A stretch of DNA of 64,000 bases from the NCBI GenBank assembly GCA_947038565.1, contig CAMQWP010000003.1, positions 85,183 to 149,182 of the forward strand, read 5' to 3'. Below the pieces are notes generated by a model, which was not told the origin of the DNA, searched no databases, and saw nothing but the letters and a program-made list of their open reading frames with translations. The position numbers were made by a program, and so were the translations under genes. The first letter of the stretch is position 1. Each line of letters starts with the position of its first letter. This document shows, piece by piece, positions 49,421 to 61,330 of this stretch. This DNA comes from an uncultured Clostridia bacterium. GTDB taxonomy: Bacteria; Bacillota; Clostridia; Christensenellales; UBA3700.

Positions 49421-52096
49421 TTACCTACCGCAACAATTCTTATATTTTCTACCGCTTCCACAACCACAAGGGTCATTACGACCTACTTTGCTCGCGTCTT
49501 TTTTCGCACTGCCAGTAACAGCGTCTTCATTAGTAGAAGACTCACGCACTACTTGCTTTCTCTCTACTTTTCTCTCAACAGTAGACTTGCAGATTACAGT
49601 TACAGTATCGCGATTGATTGCGTCTATCATCTCGTCAAACATCTCAACGCCTTCTTTCTTATATACCAATACTGGATCACGCTGTGCGTAAGAAACAAGA
49701 CCGATACCCTGCTTTAGTCTGTGCATGTTGTCGATATGATCCATCCACTTAGAGTCAACATTTCTTAAAAGCACGACTTTCTCTATGTCGCCGTATATAA
49801 TACCAGCTTCTTTAGCATTAGTAACTTTCTCATCATACTGACGGAATACTTCGTCCATGATGGTATTTCTGATCTTGTCATAGTTATATATCTTACATAG
49901 CTCAGGTGTTACGATAGACGTACCGTCTGCGATAACTCTTTGCTCAAGTGCGTTATTGAACCCGTCAACATCCCAGCTGATCGCTCCGACTGAAAAATCC
50001 ATGTAGTTTGAACATATAAGCTCTACTTGATCAATTATCATCTTTTCTATTTCTTTGCTGATGTCTATATCGTCAAGGACTTTATTTCTCTCACCATAAA
50101 TAATATTTCTTTGAACATTCATAACATCATCGAATGCAAGCACGCTCTTACGGATAGAGAAGTCTCTACTCTCGATCTTAGCCTGTGCACTTTCGATCTG
50201 TTTTGTAACTATCTTTTGCTCGATAGAAACATCTTCATCGAAGTTAAATCTATCAGCCACTTTTTTCATAGTCTCGCCACCGAAGATACGTAACATGTCA
50301 TCTTCCATGCTTAGGTAAAACACGCTTGAACCAGGGTCACCCTGACGTCCGCTACGTCCACGAAGCTGATCATCAACTCGCCTAGAGTCATGTCTGCCAG
50401 TACCGATTATTCTAAGGCCGCCAAGCTCTACCACTTCACCCTTTGCGATGTCAGTATCTGCCTTGAACTTGTCAAAATAATGCTTATACTCCGCTCTTGC
50501 CTTTATGATATCTTCATCCTCGCTTACTGCGAAAGACGTAGCCGCCGCAATAATATGATCAGGATAACCCAGCCTTGATAGCTTATCTAAAGCCATGTAC
50601 TCCGCATTGCCACCTAGTACGATATCAGTACCACGACCAGCCATGTTAGTAGCTATCGTAACTGCCGAACGCTTTCCAGCCTGAGCAATGATCTCTGCCT
50701 CGTTCTTATGGTTTTTTGCATTAAGTACATTGTGAGGGATCTTGTTTGTCTTTAAAAGTTTTGATAATTCCTCTGATTTCTCAACACTCGGAGTACCTAC
50801 AAGCACTGGTTGACCTTTGTCGTGATGTTCTTTCACATCAGCAACAACTGCACGCATTTTACCCGCAATACCAGTATACAATCTATCAGTCTCATCAAGT
50901 CTTTGGATAAGTGTATTAGTAGGAAGTACTACTACATCAAGCCTATAAATATGATTGAACTCCTCTTCCTCAGTCTTAGCAGTACCAGTCATGCCTGATA
51001 ACTTATTGTATAGTCTGAAAAAGTTCTGAAAAGTAACTGTTGCAAGAGTCTTAGACTCAGACTGCACGCGAACATTTTCTTTAGCCTCTATAGCTTGATG
51101 AAGACCTTCGCTGTAACGTCTACCCGCCATAAGACGACCAGTAGACTCGTCAACGATAACTATCTCGCCATCATTAACTACATAATCTACGTCCTTCTTC
51201 ATGATGACAGTAGCTCTTAGTGCGTTGTTTATGTAATGTACAAGATCTTGATTCTCGATATCAGAGTAATTTTCTATCTTGAAGAATTTCTCAGCCTTTT
51301 CAACGCCCTCTTCAGTAAGTCTTACAGTCTTTTCTTTTTCTTCTATGATATAATTCTCGTCTTTAAGACCTTTCGTGAATACATTCGCTGTCTTGTAAAC
51401 TTCACTTGACTTATCGCCAGCTCCGCTTATAATAAGTGGAGTTCTAGCCTCATCGACTAGGATACTATCCACCTCATCAATTATCGCAAAATTCAATCCG
51501 CGTTGAAGTTTCTGTGATTTATTAATTATCATGTTATCACGCAAATAATCGAATCCAAGCTCGTTATTAGTAGCGTAGATAATATCAGAGTTATAAGACG
51601 CTTGCTTTTGCTCGCCAGTCATGCCGTGTAAAATAACTCCGACAGTCAAGCCTAAGTACATATAAATCTTACCCATCCACTCAGCATCACGCTTAGCTAA
51701 GTAATCATTTACAGTAACAACGTGCATGCCCTTGCCAGACAATGCATTAAGATAAGCTGGAAGAGTAGCAACTAGAGTTTTTCCCTCACCTGTACACATC
51801 TGAGCAATACGCCCCTGATGCAAACAAACACCACCAAGCAATTGTACATGGAAATGTCGCATACCAAGCACACGATCACCCGCCTCACGGACAGTAGCAA
51901 ACGCCTCTACAAGCAAATCATCTAAAGTCTCACCCGCCTCGAACCTAGCTTTAAACTCAACAGTTTTTCCCTTAAGCTCAGCGTCAGTCAATGCCTTAAA
52001 CTCATCAGACAACAGCTCGATTTTATCAGCGATCTTTTCTAATTTTTTTATTTCTTTATCATTAGCATTAGTAAACATTTTACTTAATAATCCCAT
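49421..52096 (-). CDS. secA: preprotein translocase ATPase SecA
   Basis: MGLLSKMF… start at 52096 with an AGGAG RBS. DEAD-like motor motifs and a C-terminal zinc finger, CGCGSGRKYKNCCG. Confidence 0.97.
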   Translation of the reverse strand: MGLLSKMFTNANDKEIKKLEKIADKIELLSDEFKALTDAELKGKTVEFKARFEAGETLDDLLVEAFATVREAGDRVLGMRHFHVQLLGGVCLHQGRIAQMCTGEGKTLVATLPAYLNALSGKGMHVVTVNDYLAKRDAEWMGKIYMYLGLTVGVILHGMTGEQKQASYNSDIIYATNNELGFDYLRDNMIINKSQKLQRGLNFAIIDEVDSILVDEARTPLIISGAGDKSSEVYKTANVFTKGLKDENYIIEEKEKTVRLTEEGVEKAEKFFKIENYSDIENQDLVHYINNALRATVIMKKDVDYVVNDGEIVIVDESTGRLMAGRRYSEGLHQAIEAKENVRVQSESKTLATVTFQNFFRLYNKLSGMTGTAKTEEEEFNHIYRLDVVVLPTNTLIQRLDETDRLYTGIAGKMRAVVADVKEHHDKGQPVLVGTPSVEKSEELSKLLKTNKIPHNVLNAKNHKNEAEIIAQAGKRSAVTIATNMAGRGTDIVLGGNAEYMALDKLSRLGYPDHIIAAATSFAVSEDEDIIKARAEYKHYFDKFKADTDIAKGEVVELGGLRIIGTGRHDSRRVDDQLRGRSGRQGDPGSSVFYLSMEDDMLRIFGGETMKKVADRFNFDEDVSIEQKIVTKQIESAQAKIESRDFSIRKSVLAFDDVMNVQRNIIYGERNKVLDDIDISKEIEKMIIDQVELICSNYMDFSVGAISWDVDGFNNALEQRVIADGTSIVTPELCKIYNYDKIRNTIMDEVFRQYDEKVTNAKEAGIIYGDIEKVVLLRNVDSKWMDHIDNMHRLKQGIGLVSYAQRDPVLVYKKEGVEMFDEMIDAINRDTVTVICKSTVERKVERKQVVRESSTNEDAVTGSAKKDASKVGRNDPCGCGSGRKYKNCCGR

Positions 52097-52198
52097 AATT
52101 ATAAATCTCCTAACATGTAAATATTTATACATTTATTATTATACACTAATTGCTTGCTTGTGTCAATAAACTTCTTTCAAGATAATCAATAATATCAA

Positions 52199-52230
52199 AT
52201 ATCCTGTCGAAAACATGCTCGACAGGATAT
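52199..52230 (-). terminator. hairpin downstream of comFC
   Basis: ATATCCTGTCGA / TCGACAGGATAT 12-bp perfect stem with an 8-nt loop. Only a weak T-rich tail follows on the minus strand. Confidence 0.45.
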
Positions 52231-52384
52231 ACATTATGATTTTATTGCGTATTATTTACAAAAACAAACGTTTATATATTAAAAATATTTAATTATATAT
52301 ATATAAATTGCGTTGCTATATGTGAATTCATCTACTCAAAACGCCGTTATAACAGTAATTTCGCTACAGAATGACGCTATTATG

Positions 52385-53506
52385 CTATATCACCACGACT
52401 TCTACTGGTAGCAAATCCATTAACTCATAATCAGATAAATTCTCACCAGTTACTTTGTATTTAGCACTAGCAAATACTAGCACATACACCGTAGTTGCAC
52501 CTGCGATCTTTAGCTGTCTTGCTATCTCGCTAGCCGTGCTACCAGTGGTCAATATATCATCAATAATTACTACTTTCTTACCCTTTACTGCCGACCTATC
52601 TTTGAGCTTGTATACACCTTTTACATTATCATGTCTTTGCCTTCCTGAAAGGTCGCTTTGTCTTAAATTGTCCTTGTATTTTATCACGGTATCATTTGCT
52701 ATTTCCAAGCCCAACATGCCCGATAAATGCTTTGCGATCTCAAGTGATTGATTGTATCCACGCTCCGCTAGTCTTTCCTTCGAAATAGGTGTAGGAATAA
52801 TCACATCAGCGTCTAAAACGTTTGCAGTATAAGTATCCGCCATCATCATAGCAATGTACTTAGCGAGCCATTTACAGCTATTAAACTTCAGCTTAGCTAC
52901 GAGTCTAGCACAGTCACCTTCATATACAACGCTACTTCTTGCAAGATCAAAATACCTATGATTGTTTTGGCATTGATTGCAATAAACGGACTCGTTCTCG
53001 GTGGGTTTGCCACAGCGTATACATATCTTTCCGTCGTTAAATGGAGTAAGTCGCATATGCTTTTCGCAAAGTCCATATTTGCTACCTCTTGGTATCTCTT
53101 TGTCACAAATAATACAATTACAATCATCAGGGAATATTCCTTGAACGAAGTTCTTGTAAGAATTAATTACATCAGATTTAAAATTGCATTTGAAGTATGT
53201 CATGAGCCTATCTTTAATAGGAAGTTTATTGATATCACCACTTTCGCATAGTGATATAAGCTCATCAGCCTCGTCCACACTCATGTGTTCTTTTAGCCTG
53301 TCAGTCATAAGTCTTCGCTGACGTTGACTAGTAGAATTTGTATCATTTTGATTTTGATCAACTATTATTGACGCTGACAAATTCGTACTTTTCTCGGTGG
53401 TTTTACGCCTGCATGAAGAGTGATTTTGCATGTCTTGAGATAAATTCTTATCGTCGTTTTTATTAACTTTATTATCAATATCAGCCATGATTTCACTCCT
53501 TAACAC
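52385..53506 (-). CDS. comFC: ComF family protein (ComFC-type phosphoribosyltransferase) with a long N-terminal extension
   Basis: C-terminal PRTase motif VVIIDDILTTGSTA, preceded by Cys-rich zinc-ribbon-like CxxC pairs. The first ~110 aa are polar low-complexity. Confidence 0.8.
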   Translation of the reverse strand: MLRSEIMADIDNKVNKNDDKNLSQDMQNHSSCRRKTTEKSTNLSASIIVDQNQNDTNSTSQRQRRLMTDRLKEHMSVDEADELISLCESGDINKLPIKDRLMTYFKCNFKSDVINSYKNFVQGIFPDDCNCIICDKEIPRGSKYGLCEKHMRLTPFNDGKICIRCGKPTENESVYCNQCQNNHRYFDLARSSVVYEGDCARLVAKLKFNSCKWLAKYIAMMMADTYTANVLDADVIIPTPISKERLAERGYNQSLEIAKHLSGMLGLEIANDTVIKYKDNLRQSDLSGRQRHDNVKGVYKLKDRSAVKGKKVVIIDDILTTGSTASEIARQLKIAGATTVYVLVFASAKYKVTGENLSDYELMDLLPVEVVVI

Positions 53507-53610
53507 CGCATTTAGGCTATTAGATGAGTTGTAATTTCACTCTTTTTAGTGCAAAAAGCACTGTATTACTGCAAAAAATCGTGCATTGCTTTTACTACTC
53601 TTTACGCTGT

Positions 53611-55824
53611 CTACTCGGCACATTGTCTACTCATCTCTTCGGCCAACATTTCCTTCAGTAGCGTGTATCTTTTAGCTGTAAAGTTATTACTAACCATGTG
53701 ACTCATATTTCCACTACTACCGACTATTACACTCATGCTCTTTGCACGCGTAACTGCCGTATACAGTAGGTTTCTCGTCATAAGTGTAGGCATTCCGCCC
53801 ATCAATACTATAACTACCACATCAAATTCGCAGCCTTGTGACTTATGCACAGTAATCGCATAAGCTAGCTTTATTTGCTCAAATATATCCCTCGAGTATG
53901 TCGCAACTCGCTCATCATCAAATTCGATAGTCAATGTATTGTCCACATGATTTACTTTTCTTATAAAACCGATATCACCGTTGAATACGCCCTGTCCCAC
54001 TTCTGAGCCTCTTAGCCAGTCAAGATCATAGTTATTTACAATATGGATTACCTTATCACCTTCTCTGAATATCCCGTCCATAAATCGCAATTCTGCCTTT
54101 GTTTTGCTCTCTGGATTGATAGCTCTTTGCAGTTCTTTATTCATATTATTGACACCGCTAAGTTGTTTTTTCATCGGACATAGTACTTGAATAGCCGACG
54201 GATTTATGTTTAGATAATTAGGTATTCTTTTAGCAACCATATTCACGACAGTGTCAAGCACTGCCGATTGATTATCTACTTCGCTGAATAAAAAATCACT
54301 GTCTTTATTGCGAATAATAGGCATATCGCCATTATTTATCCTATGTGCATTAGCTATAATAAGACTCTCTTGACCTTGCCTATAAATGTATGTTAGTTCA
54401 CTAATAGGTATATCTCCAAACCCTATAATATCACCTAATACATTACCAGCACCAACTGATGGTAACTGATCTTTATCGCCTACAAGTATAAGCCTACAGC
54501 CTCTATTTATAGCTGATAATAACGCATTAAATACGTACTCATCGCACATACTTACCTCGTCTACAATGATAACATCAGCTTGCAATTTCGTATCACTATT
54601 GAAAGTAAAGTTTCCTTTTCCGTTTTTAAAATCAAGATCTAATAGCCTATGAATAGTCTTTGCCTCTTCACCAGTCGACTCGGATAGTCTCTTTGATGCA
54701 CGACCTGTAGGTGCACATAAACTGACTTCCAAGTGTCTGCTTTTAAAAATAGATAAGATACATTTTATAATTGTTGTTTTACCTGTTCCGGGCCCACCAG
54801 TTATGATATTTACACCGTTATTTACAGCATTCTTGACAGCATTTCGCTGACCTTCGTGCATTACGATACCGCTGATCCTCTCGTATTCTGCGATATCACC
54901 CTCTATATCCATGTGTAAATCGGAGCAATTAAGTGATAAACTAACTAGTTTATTTGCAATATTTCGCTCTGTCAAATATACCTTACTAAACATCACTGCG
55001 GTGTCGATATCTCGCTCTATAACGGCAACAATACCAGTCACCTCAAGAGTAGTTATAGCCATCTCGCACAAATCAGTTACCACGTCATACTCTAAGCCAA
55101 GAAGGTCAAAAGCCTTATTTAAAAGCTCTTCCTTTGGCAAATAAGTGTGACCCTTTTCCGACGCGATATTTTTCAATAAATGTATAATGCCAGCTCGCAC
55201 TCTAAACTCTGAGTCTACAGCAATACCAAGCCCGCCCGCTATCTTGTCAGCAGTCGCAAACCCAACACCGTCTATATCTTCTATAAGCCTATAAGGATTA
55301 GAATTTATAGTATCAAGCGTTGCTCTGCCATATATTTTATATATTTTCAGTGCCATATTAAGTGTTATATCTAACTTTTGAAGTCCTAATATAGCATTTT
55401 GCATATCCTTTAAGCTGATAAATGTCTCATGAATATCCATTGCTTTTTTCGCACTAACACCCCTTATTGACTTTAGCTTTATAGGTTTTTTCTCTATAAT
55501 ATCGAAAGTATCCTCTCCGAACTCATCGACAATAGCGTCAGCCGTAACTTCGCCTATGCCCTTGAATAGTCCGCTAGATAGATACTTTGCTATGCTATCC
55601 AGTCCAGTCGGCAAGCATACTGTAGCTTTCTTAACATTAAATTGCTCTCCGAACTTTTGATTTACACTGTAATCGCCTTCAAGCTCTAAAGTTTCGCCTT
55701 CAGTGATTTGTGGCATAACGCCAACAGCAGTGACACTATGACTAGCATCACTTACTATTAGTACGGAATATCCATTTTCGGAATTCCTAAATATTACCTT
55801 TTCAACCGTTCCCGATATTAACAT
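53611..55824 (-). CDS. recD2: RecD2-type SF1B DNA helicase
   Basis: 737 aa; Walker A GGPGTGKTT, then …VDEVSM… and …YAITVHKSQG… motifs. Confidence 0.9.
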   Translation of the reverse strand: MLISGTVEKVIFRNSENGYSVLIVSDASHSVTAVGVMPQITEGETLELEGDYSVNQKFGEQFNVKKATVCLPTGLDSIAKYLSSGLFKGIGEVTADAIVDEFGEDTFDIIEKKPIKLKSIRGVSAKKAMDIHETFISLKDMQNAILGLQKLDITLNMALKIYKIYGRATLDTINSNPYRLIEDIDGVGFATADKIAGGLGIAVDSEFRVRAGIIHLLKNIASEKGHTYLPKEELLNKAFDLLGLEYDVVTDLCEMAITTLEVTGIVAVIERDIDTAVMFSKVYLTERNIANKLVSLSLNCSDLHMDIEGDIAEYERISGIVMHEGQRNAVKNAVNNGVNIITGGPGTGKTTIIKCILSIFKSRHLEVSLCAPTGRASKRLSESTGEEAKTIHRLLDLDFKNGKGNFTFNSDTKLQADVIIVDEVSMCDEYVFNALLSAINRGCRLILVGDKDQLPSVGAGNVLGDIIGFGDIPISELTYIYRQGQESLIIANAHRINNGDMPIIRNKDSDFLFSEVDNQSAVLDTVVNMVAKRIPNYLNINPSAIQVLCPMKKQLSGVNNMNKELQRAINPESKTKAELRFMDGIFREGDKVIHIVNNYDLDWLRGSEVGQGVFNGDIGFIRKVNHVDNTLTIEFDDERVATYSRDIFEQIKLAYAITVHKSQGCEFDVVVIVLMGGMPTLMTRNLLYTAVTRAKSMSVIVGSSGNMSHMVSNNFTAKRYTLLKEMLAEEMSRQCAE

Positions 55825-57008
55825 TAAAGAGTTTTTGCAAGTGCAGCTATTTCGTCTGCTTTATTAGTAGCTTCCCAGCTAAATCCATCACGACCAAAAT
55901 GACCGTAACTAGAAGTTTTCTCATATACTGGAGCTCTTAAGCATAAGTAATCAATAAGTGCTGACGGGCGTAGGTCAAATACACTATCTATTATGAACTG
56001 GATTTGTTCATTAGTATATTTGCTAGTACCGAAAGTATTTACCTGAACTGATACAGGCTTTGCTACGCCGATAGCGTAAGCAACGTCTAGCTGACACTTA
56101 TCAGCGATACCACTTGCTACGATATTTTTGCATACGTGTCTTGCCATATAAGCAGCTGATCTATCTACTTTTGTAGGATCTTTACCACTGAAAGCACCGC
56201 CACCATGAGGGCAGTATCCGCCGTAAGTATCTACGATTATCTTACGACCAGTAAGACCGCTGTCGCCTACAGGTCCACCCACTACGAACCTACCAGTAGG
56301 ATTAATAAAGAATTTAGTATTTTCATCAATAAGATCTTTAGGAATAACATTGCTTATAACATGCAACTTTATGTCATGTCTAATAGTTTCTAAATCCACA
56401 TCAGCACTATGCTGAGTAGATACTACAACCGCTTCTATACGGCTTGGTTTATCATCAATATACTCTACTGTTACCTGTGATTTTCCATCAGGACGAAGGT
56501 ATTTTAATGTTCCATTTTTTCTAACTTCAGTAAGTCTTGCTGATAATTTATGAGCTAGGTGAATAGGCATAGGCATAAGTGATTCAGTTTCGTTAGTCGC
56601 AAAACCGAACATCATTCCTTGATCACCAGCACCATTTTGGTCATAATCATCACCGCCATCTCTGACCTCGACACTATTGTCTACACCTAATGCGATATCA
56701 GGCGACTGCTTGTCGATACTTACCATAATGGCACAAGTATTGCCGTCAAAACCGACCTCGCTATTGTCATAACCGATGTCACAAACTGCCTTTCTTACTA
56801 TAGCTGGTATATCGACCACTGCAGTAGTAGTGATCTCTCCCATAACCATTACAAAACCAGTATTGCAACAAGTCTCACATGCAACACGAGCCATTTTATC
56901 CTGTGCGAATATAGCATCAAGAACACTGTCTGATACTTTATCACATACTTTGTCTGGGTGTCCTTCAGTAACACTCTCACTTGTAAATAATCTTCTGTTC
57001 ATTTTCAT
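55824..57008 (-). CDS. metK: S-adenosylmethionine synthetase
   Basis: 394 aa; …[13 protein letters not shown]…GDQG…GGGAFSGKD…. Confidence 0.97.
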   Translation of the reverse strand: MKMNRRLFTSESVTEGHPDKVCDKVSDSVLDAIFAQDKMARVACETCCNTGFVMVMGEITTTAVVDIPAIVRKAVCDIGYDNSEVGFDGNTCAIMVSIDKQSPDIALGVDNSVEVRDGGDDYDQNGAGDQGMMFGFATNETESLMPMPIHLAHKLSARLTEVRKNGTLKYLRPDGKSQVTVEYIDDKPSRIEAVVVSTQHSADVDLETIRHDIKLHVISNVIPKDLIDENTKFFINPTGRFVVGGPVGDSGLTGRKIIVDTYGGYCPHGGGAFSGKDPTKVDRSAAYMARHVCKNIVASGIADKCQLDVAYAIGVAKPVSVQVNTFGTSKYTNEQIQFIIDSVFDLRPSALIDYLCLRAPVYEKTSSYGHFGRDGFSWEATNKADEIAALAKTL

Positions 57009-57249
57009 TTCTCCATAATTAGCATAAGGTATTATTATGCTGATACTTATTTACTGACTTATCATTTTATCGACTATAATCAGTACTTTTTGTTATTAAT
57101 TTATATTGTATTTTAATTTAACACTATATGATATAGTTTTTACTTCATTTTATCAACTTACTTTTCTCATACATAGTACTTACGCCGTAAGTTAAATATG
57201 ACGCGAGTATTATCTATTCACTATCGAGTCAAGACTACAATTAAATAGA

Positions 57250-57405
57250 TATATAATAAAAGACCACCATCTTTCGATAGCAGTCTTATATTTTATATAA
57301 TCACTCTATCTTCCAAGAAAAAATTCTTGCGGAATTTAGCACCTCACAAAGTCGGTTGCTGTACAATTAACGGGTCCGTTCCCTCCTGTATCTCACAATA
57401 GATAT
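57250..57405 (-). promoter_or_regulatory. SAM-I (S-box) riboswitch with terminator expression platform
   Basis: The minus-strand RNA reads …ATCTATTGTGAGATACAGGAGGGAACGGACCCGTTAATTGTACAGCAACCGACTTTGTGAGGTGCTAAATTCCGCAAGAATTTTTTCTTGGAAGATAGAG…, containing the GAGGGA/GGnCCC, GCAACC and GGTGCTAAATTCC blocks. It is followed by a 12-bp GAAA-capped hairpin (57260-57287) and TTTTATTAT. The CTATC in the terminator arm can pair with the P1 3' strand GATAG. Confidence 0.85.
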
Positions 57406-57452
57406 ATTAAATTGTTGTTATATGAGTATAATATCATCACTTTCATGACTAA

Positions 57453-60400
57453 TTAGTCCTCTTTATTCTCACTTAGATCAGCACCGAACATGTCATCTAA
57501 TGACGTATTAGGCTCTTCTTCTTTAATAGTAAGATTATCAAATACAGAAGTCTCTATATCACCTAACTCCTCAATGTAGCTAGCGATATCGTCTTTCTCA
57601 TTTGATGTACCTACGTAATTGTCATCATGGTCAAAGTCGATGTATTCATCAGACTCATTGATATTCAAATCAACACCGTCGATAAGAGTAGCATCAACAT
57701 TTTGATAACACTTCATACCAGTACCAGCTGGGATAACTTTACCTAGTAATACATTCTCTTTAAGTCCTACAAGATGATCAACCTTATTCTTGATAGCGGC
57801 AGCAGTAAGAACCTTTGCAGTTTCTTGGAATGACGCAGCAGAAAGGAATGAATCAGTAGCAAGTGAAGCCTTAGTAATACCTAGAAGAGTACGCTTAGCA
57901 GTAGCAGGAGCTCCGCCAGCAACTAGTGCCTTCTCATTATTATCCTCATACTTGAATATGTTGTATAAATCGCCTGGTAACATATCAGTGTCGCCCTGTG
58001 TCTCTATACGAACTTTTCTAAGCATCTGACGGATAATTATCTCCGTATGTTTATCATTGATCTGAACACCTGATGTACGGTAAGCTGACTGAACTTCCTT
58101 GATTAGGTAGTCCTGTACGCCCTTAACACCACGGGTTCTAAGCATATCTTGAGGGAATACACTACCCTTAGAAAGAGGAGTACCAGCAAGAACTCTATCA
58201 CCATTTTGAACGATGATCTTCTGTCCATGATTGTACTTGTATTCTTTTTGCTCACCGTTAGTCATAGTAACAGTGATGATACGTTTGTCTTTATCGTGAT
58301 ACACTTCACCATCAATCTCTGATAGTATAGCCTCACCACCCGGACGGCGAACCTCGAAAAGCTCCTCGACACGTGGAAGACCCTGTGTGATATCATCGGC
58401 AGTAGCGATACCACCGGTATGGAATGTTCTCATTGTAAGCTGAGTTCCTGGCTCACCGATAGACTGAGCAGCGATAACGCCGACTGCCTCACCGATTTTA
58501 ACAGCGTTATTTGACGCCATATTAGCACCATAACACTTAGAACAAACACCATGTTTTGCTCTACAAGAAAGAAGACTTCTGATACGAACTGACTTAACGC
58601 CAGCTTTCTCTACTTCTAAAGCCTGTTCTTTTGTAAGCATTGTATTAGCAGGAACAATAATCTCGCCTGTAACAGGGTTGATAATATCGTCCATACAGTT
58701 ACGACCTCTGATTCTATCATTGATAGGCTCAAGTGGTCTATCACTGTCCGCTGCCATGATAGCAGTAACGATGAATCCCTTAGTATCGCAACAATCCTCT
58801 TCATTGATAATACAGTCCTGAGCAACGTCAACAAGTCGACGAGTTAGGTAACCTGAGTTAGCAGTTTTAAGAGCTGTATCGGCAAGACCCTTACGTCCAC
58901 CATGCGAAGAAGTAAAGTACTCTAGTACAGTAAGTCCCTCACGATAGTTTGACTTGATAGGAAGCTCGACAGTTTTACCAGCAGTATTTGCTACAAGTCC
59001 ACGCATACCACAAAGCTGTGCGATCTGTCTCATGCTACCACGGGCACCAGAATCGGCCATCATGTAGATAGGGTTGAACTTGCCTAGACCACCGCTCTCA
59101 AGAAGGGTATTAACCTCATCTTTCGCTTTAGTCCATGTATCAATAACTTGGTTATATCTATCATTCTCAGTAAGTAGTCCACGACGGAACTTCTTCTCGA
59201 TCTCAAGGATCTTCTTCTCAGCGTCAGCAACGATATCATACTTAGCAGGTGGGATGTGCATATCAAATACTGATGTAGTAATCGCACCGATAGTAGAATA
59301 TTTAAAGCCTAAAGACTTGATTTCATCTAGTACGGTAGCAGTGCCAGTAGCACCGTTGTATTTGAAGCAATTCTCAACTATTTTAGATAGCTCATTTTTG
59401 CCGACAAGGAAGTCTATTTCAAGGTCAAGATTTAATAGTGGATTGTTATAATCACTACTGCTCTCGTCAGTACATATGTCCTTAGCAGGATTATATCTCT
59501 TAGTGAAAGCGATATCTTGAGGAATAGCCTCATTAAATATAAATCTACCAGTAGTAGAAATGATATTTTTAGAATACATTTTATTGATCTTAGTACCGTA
59601 AACATCTATCTCAACATTCATGTCGCGACGGATAGATACGATATCTTGCAAGCCTATCTCTTTAAGCTGATAAGCCATCAATGCCTCATTAAAACTCTTG
59701 AAAGATCTAACTTTTAGATCCTCGCCAGCCTTGATACGAGCATAAAACTCTTCAGCAGGGATAGCAACTATACCGTCTTCAGTTTTAACTAATGCATCTC
59801 TATCAATAGTTAGGTAGTAAGCTCCGATAACCATATCCTGAGAAGGGGCAACAATCGGGTTACCATCAGAAAGTTTAAGAATATTATTAGTAGCAAGCAT
59901 AAGGAATCTAGCCTCAGCTTGAGCTTCTAAACTTAGAGGAACGTGAACAGCCATCTGGTCACCATCGAAATCGGCATTAAACGCACCACAAGCTAGAGGG
60001 TGAAGTTTAATAGCACGGCCTTCAACTAGTACTGGCTCGAAAGCCTGAATACCAAGTCTATGAAGAGTCGGTGCACGGTTAAGAAGAACTGGGTGGTCCT
60101 TGATAACAGTCTCTAATATATTCCAAACGACAGTAGTCGCTTTCATAACGAACTTACGCGCTACACGGATATTAGCACAGTGATTATACTCTACTAATTT
60201 TTTGATAACGAAAGGTTTGAAAAGCTCTAGAGCCATCTCCTTAGGAAGACCACACTGATACATCTTTAGCTCTGGGCCAACGACGATAACAGAACGACCT
60301 GAATAGTCAACACGCTTACCTAAAAGGTTTTGACGGAAACGACCTTGCTTACCCTTAAGCATACCAGTAAGAGATTTCAACTCACGGCCACCAGGGCCAG

Positions 60401-61316
60401 TAGTAGCTTTACCACGACGACCATTATCAAATAAAGCGTCGACAGCTTCTTGAAGCATTCTTTTCTCATTACGAACAACTAGATCAGGAGCACCCTGCTC
60501 AATGTGCTTTTTAAGACGTTTGTTACGATTGATAACACGTCTGTAAAGATCATTAAGGTCAGAAGCTGCGTATCTACCACCATCAAGTGGTACCATTGGT
60601 CTAATTTCTGGTGGGATAACTGGAATTACGTCCAATACCATCCACTCAGGTTTGTTACCGCTTAGTCTAAATGACTCGATAATATCAAGTCTTTTAGCAG
60701 CTTTCTGTTTCTTTGCGCCCTCGAAAACAGCGACATCTCTCTTAAGTTTATCAGCCTCTTCATCAAGGTTGATAGCACCTAATAGCTGTTTAATAGCAGC
60801 AGCACCCATAAGAGCCTTGAAACTATCACGACCATAAGTAGCCATAGCCTCACGATATTGCTCGTCATTGATTACTTGCTTATATGTGAACTCAGTTTTG
60901 CCTGGTTTGATAACGATGAATTTATTAAGATATAATACATCATCAAGATCTTTAACGGCTACGTCAAGACACATGCCGATAGCACTAGGAGCACCCTTGT
61001 AGTACCAAATATGTGATACTGGAGCTGCTAGCTCGATATGACCCATACGCTCACGACGAACTTTGCTATCAGTAACTAAAACGCCACATTTATCACAGAC
61101 AGTGCCTGTATATTTTTTCTTATATCTACCGCAACTACACTCGCCACTGCGAGTAGGTCCGAAGATAATCTCGCAGAAAAGACCGCCTTTCTCTGGTTTT
61201 TGAGTTCTGTAATTAATAGTCTCGCCATTAACTACTTCACCCTTTGACCACTCACGAATCTTCTCAGGAGAGGCTACGCCAATTTGTATAGAACTAAAGT
61301 TATTTAACTCGAACAT
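57453..61316 (-). CDS. rpoC: DNA-directed RNA polymerase beta' subunit with an acidic C-terminal extension
   Basis: 1287 aa; [12 protein letters not shown] catalytic motif; zinc-binding Cys clusters. Confidence 0.97.
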   Translation of the reverse strand: MFELNNFSSIQIGVASPEKIREWSKGEVVNGETINYRTQKPEKGGLFCEIIFGPTRSGECSCGRYKKKYTGTVCDKCGVLVTDSKVRRERMGHIELAAPVSHIWYYKGAPSAIGMCLDVAVKDLDDVLYLNKFIVIKPGKTEFTYKQVINDEQYREAMATYGRDSFKALMGAAAIKQLLGAINLDEEADKLKRDVAVFEGAKKQKAAKRLDIIESFRLSGNKPEWMVLDVIPVIPPEIRPMVPLDGGRYAASDLNDLYRRVINRNKRLKKHIEQGAPDLVVRNEKRMLQEAVDALFDNGRRGKATTGPGGRELKSLTGMLKGKQGRFRQNLLGKRVDYSGRSVIVVGPELKMYQCGLPKEMALELFKPFVIKKLVEYNHCANIRVARKFVMKATTVVWNILETVIKDHPVLLNRAPTLHRLGIQAFEPVLVEGRAIKLHPLACGAFNADFDGDQMAVHVPLSLEAQAEARFLMLATNNILKLSDGNPIVAPSQDMVIGAYYLTIDRDALVKTEDGIVAIPAEEFYARIKAGEDLKVRSFKSFNEALMAYQLKEIGLQDIVSIRRDMNVEIDVYGTKINKMYSKNIISTTGRFIFNEAIPQDIAFTKRYNPAKDICTDESSSDYNNPLLNLDLEIDFLVGKNELSKIVENCFKYNGATGTATVLDEIKSLGFKYSTIGAITTSVFDMHIPPAKYDIVADAEKKILEIEKKFRRGLLTENDRYNQVIDTWTKAKDEVNTLLESGGLGKFNPIYMMADSGARGSMRQIAQLCGMRGLVANTAGKTVELPIKSNYREGLTVLEYFTSSHGGRKGLADTALKTANSGYLTRRLVDVAQDCIINEEDCCDTKGFIVTAIMAADSDRPLEPINDRIRGRNCMDDIINPVTGEIIVPANTMLTKEQALEVEKAGVKSVRIRSLLSCRAKHGVCSKCYGANMASNNAVKIGEAVGVIAAQSIGEPGTQLTMRTFHTGGIATADDITQGLPRVEELFEVRRPGGEAILSEIDGEVYHDKDKRIITVTMTNGEQKEYKYNHGQKIIVQNGDRVLAGTPLSKGSVFPQDMLRTRGVKGVQDYLIKEVQSAYRTSGVQINDKHTEIIIRQMLRKVRIETQGDTDMLPGDLYNIFKYEDNNEKALVAGGAPATAKRTLLGITKASLATDSFLSAASFQETAKVLTAAAIKNKVDHLVGLKENVLLGKVIPAGTGMKCYQNVDATLIDGVDLNINESDEYIDFDHDDNYVGTSNEKDDIASYIEELGDIETSVFDNLTIKEEEPNTSLDDMFGADLSENKED

Positions 61317-61330
61317 TACTTAACCTCCAA

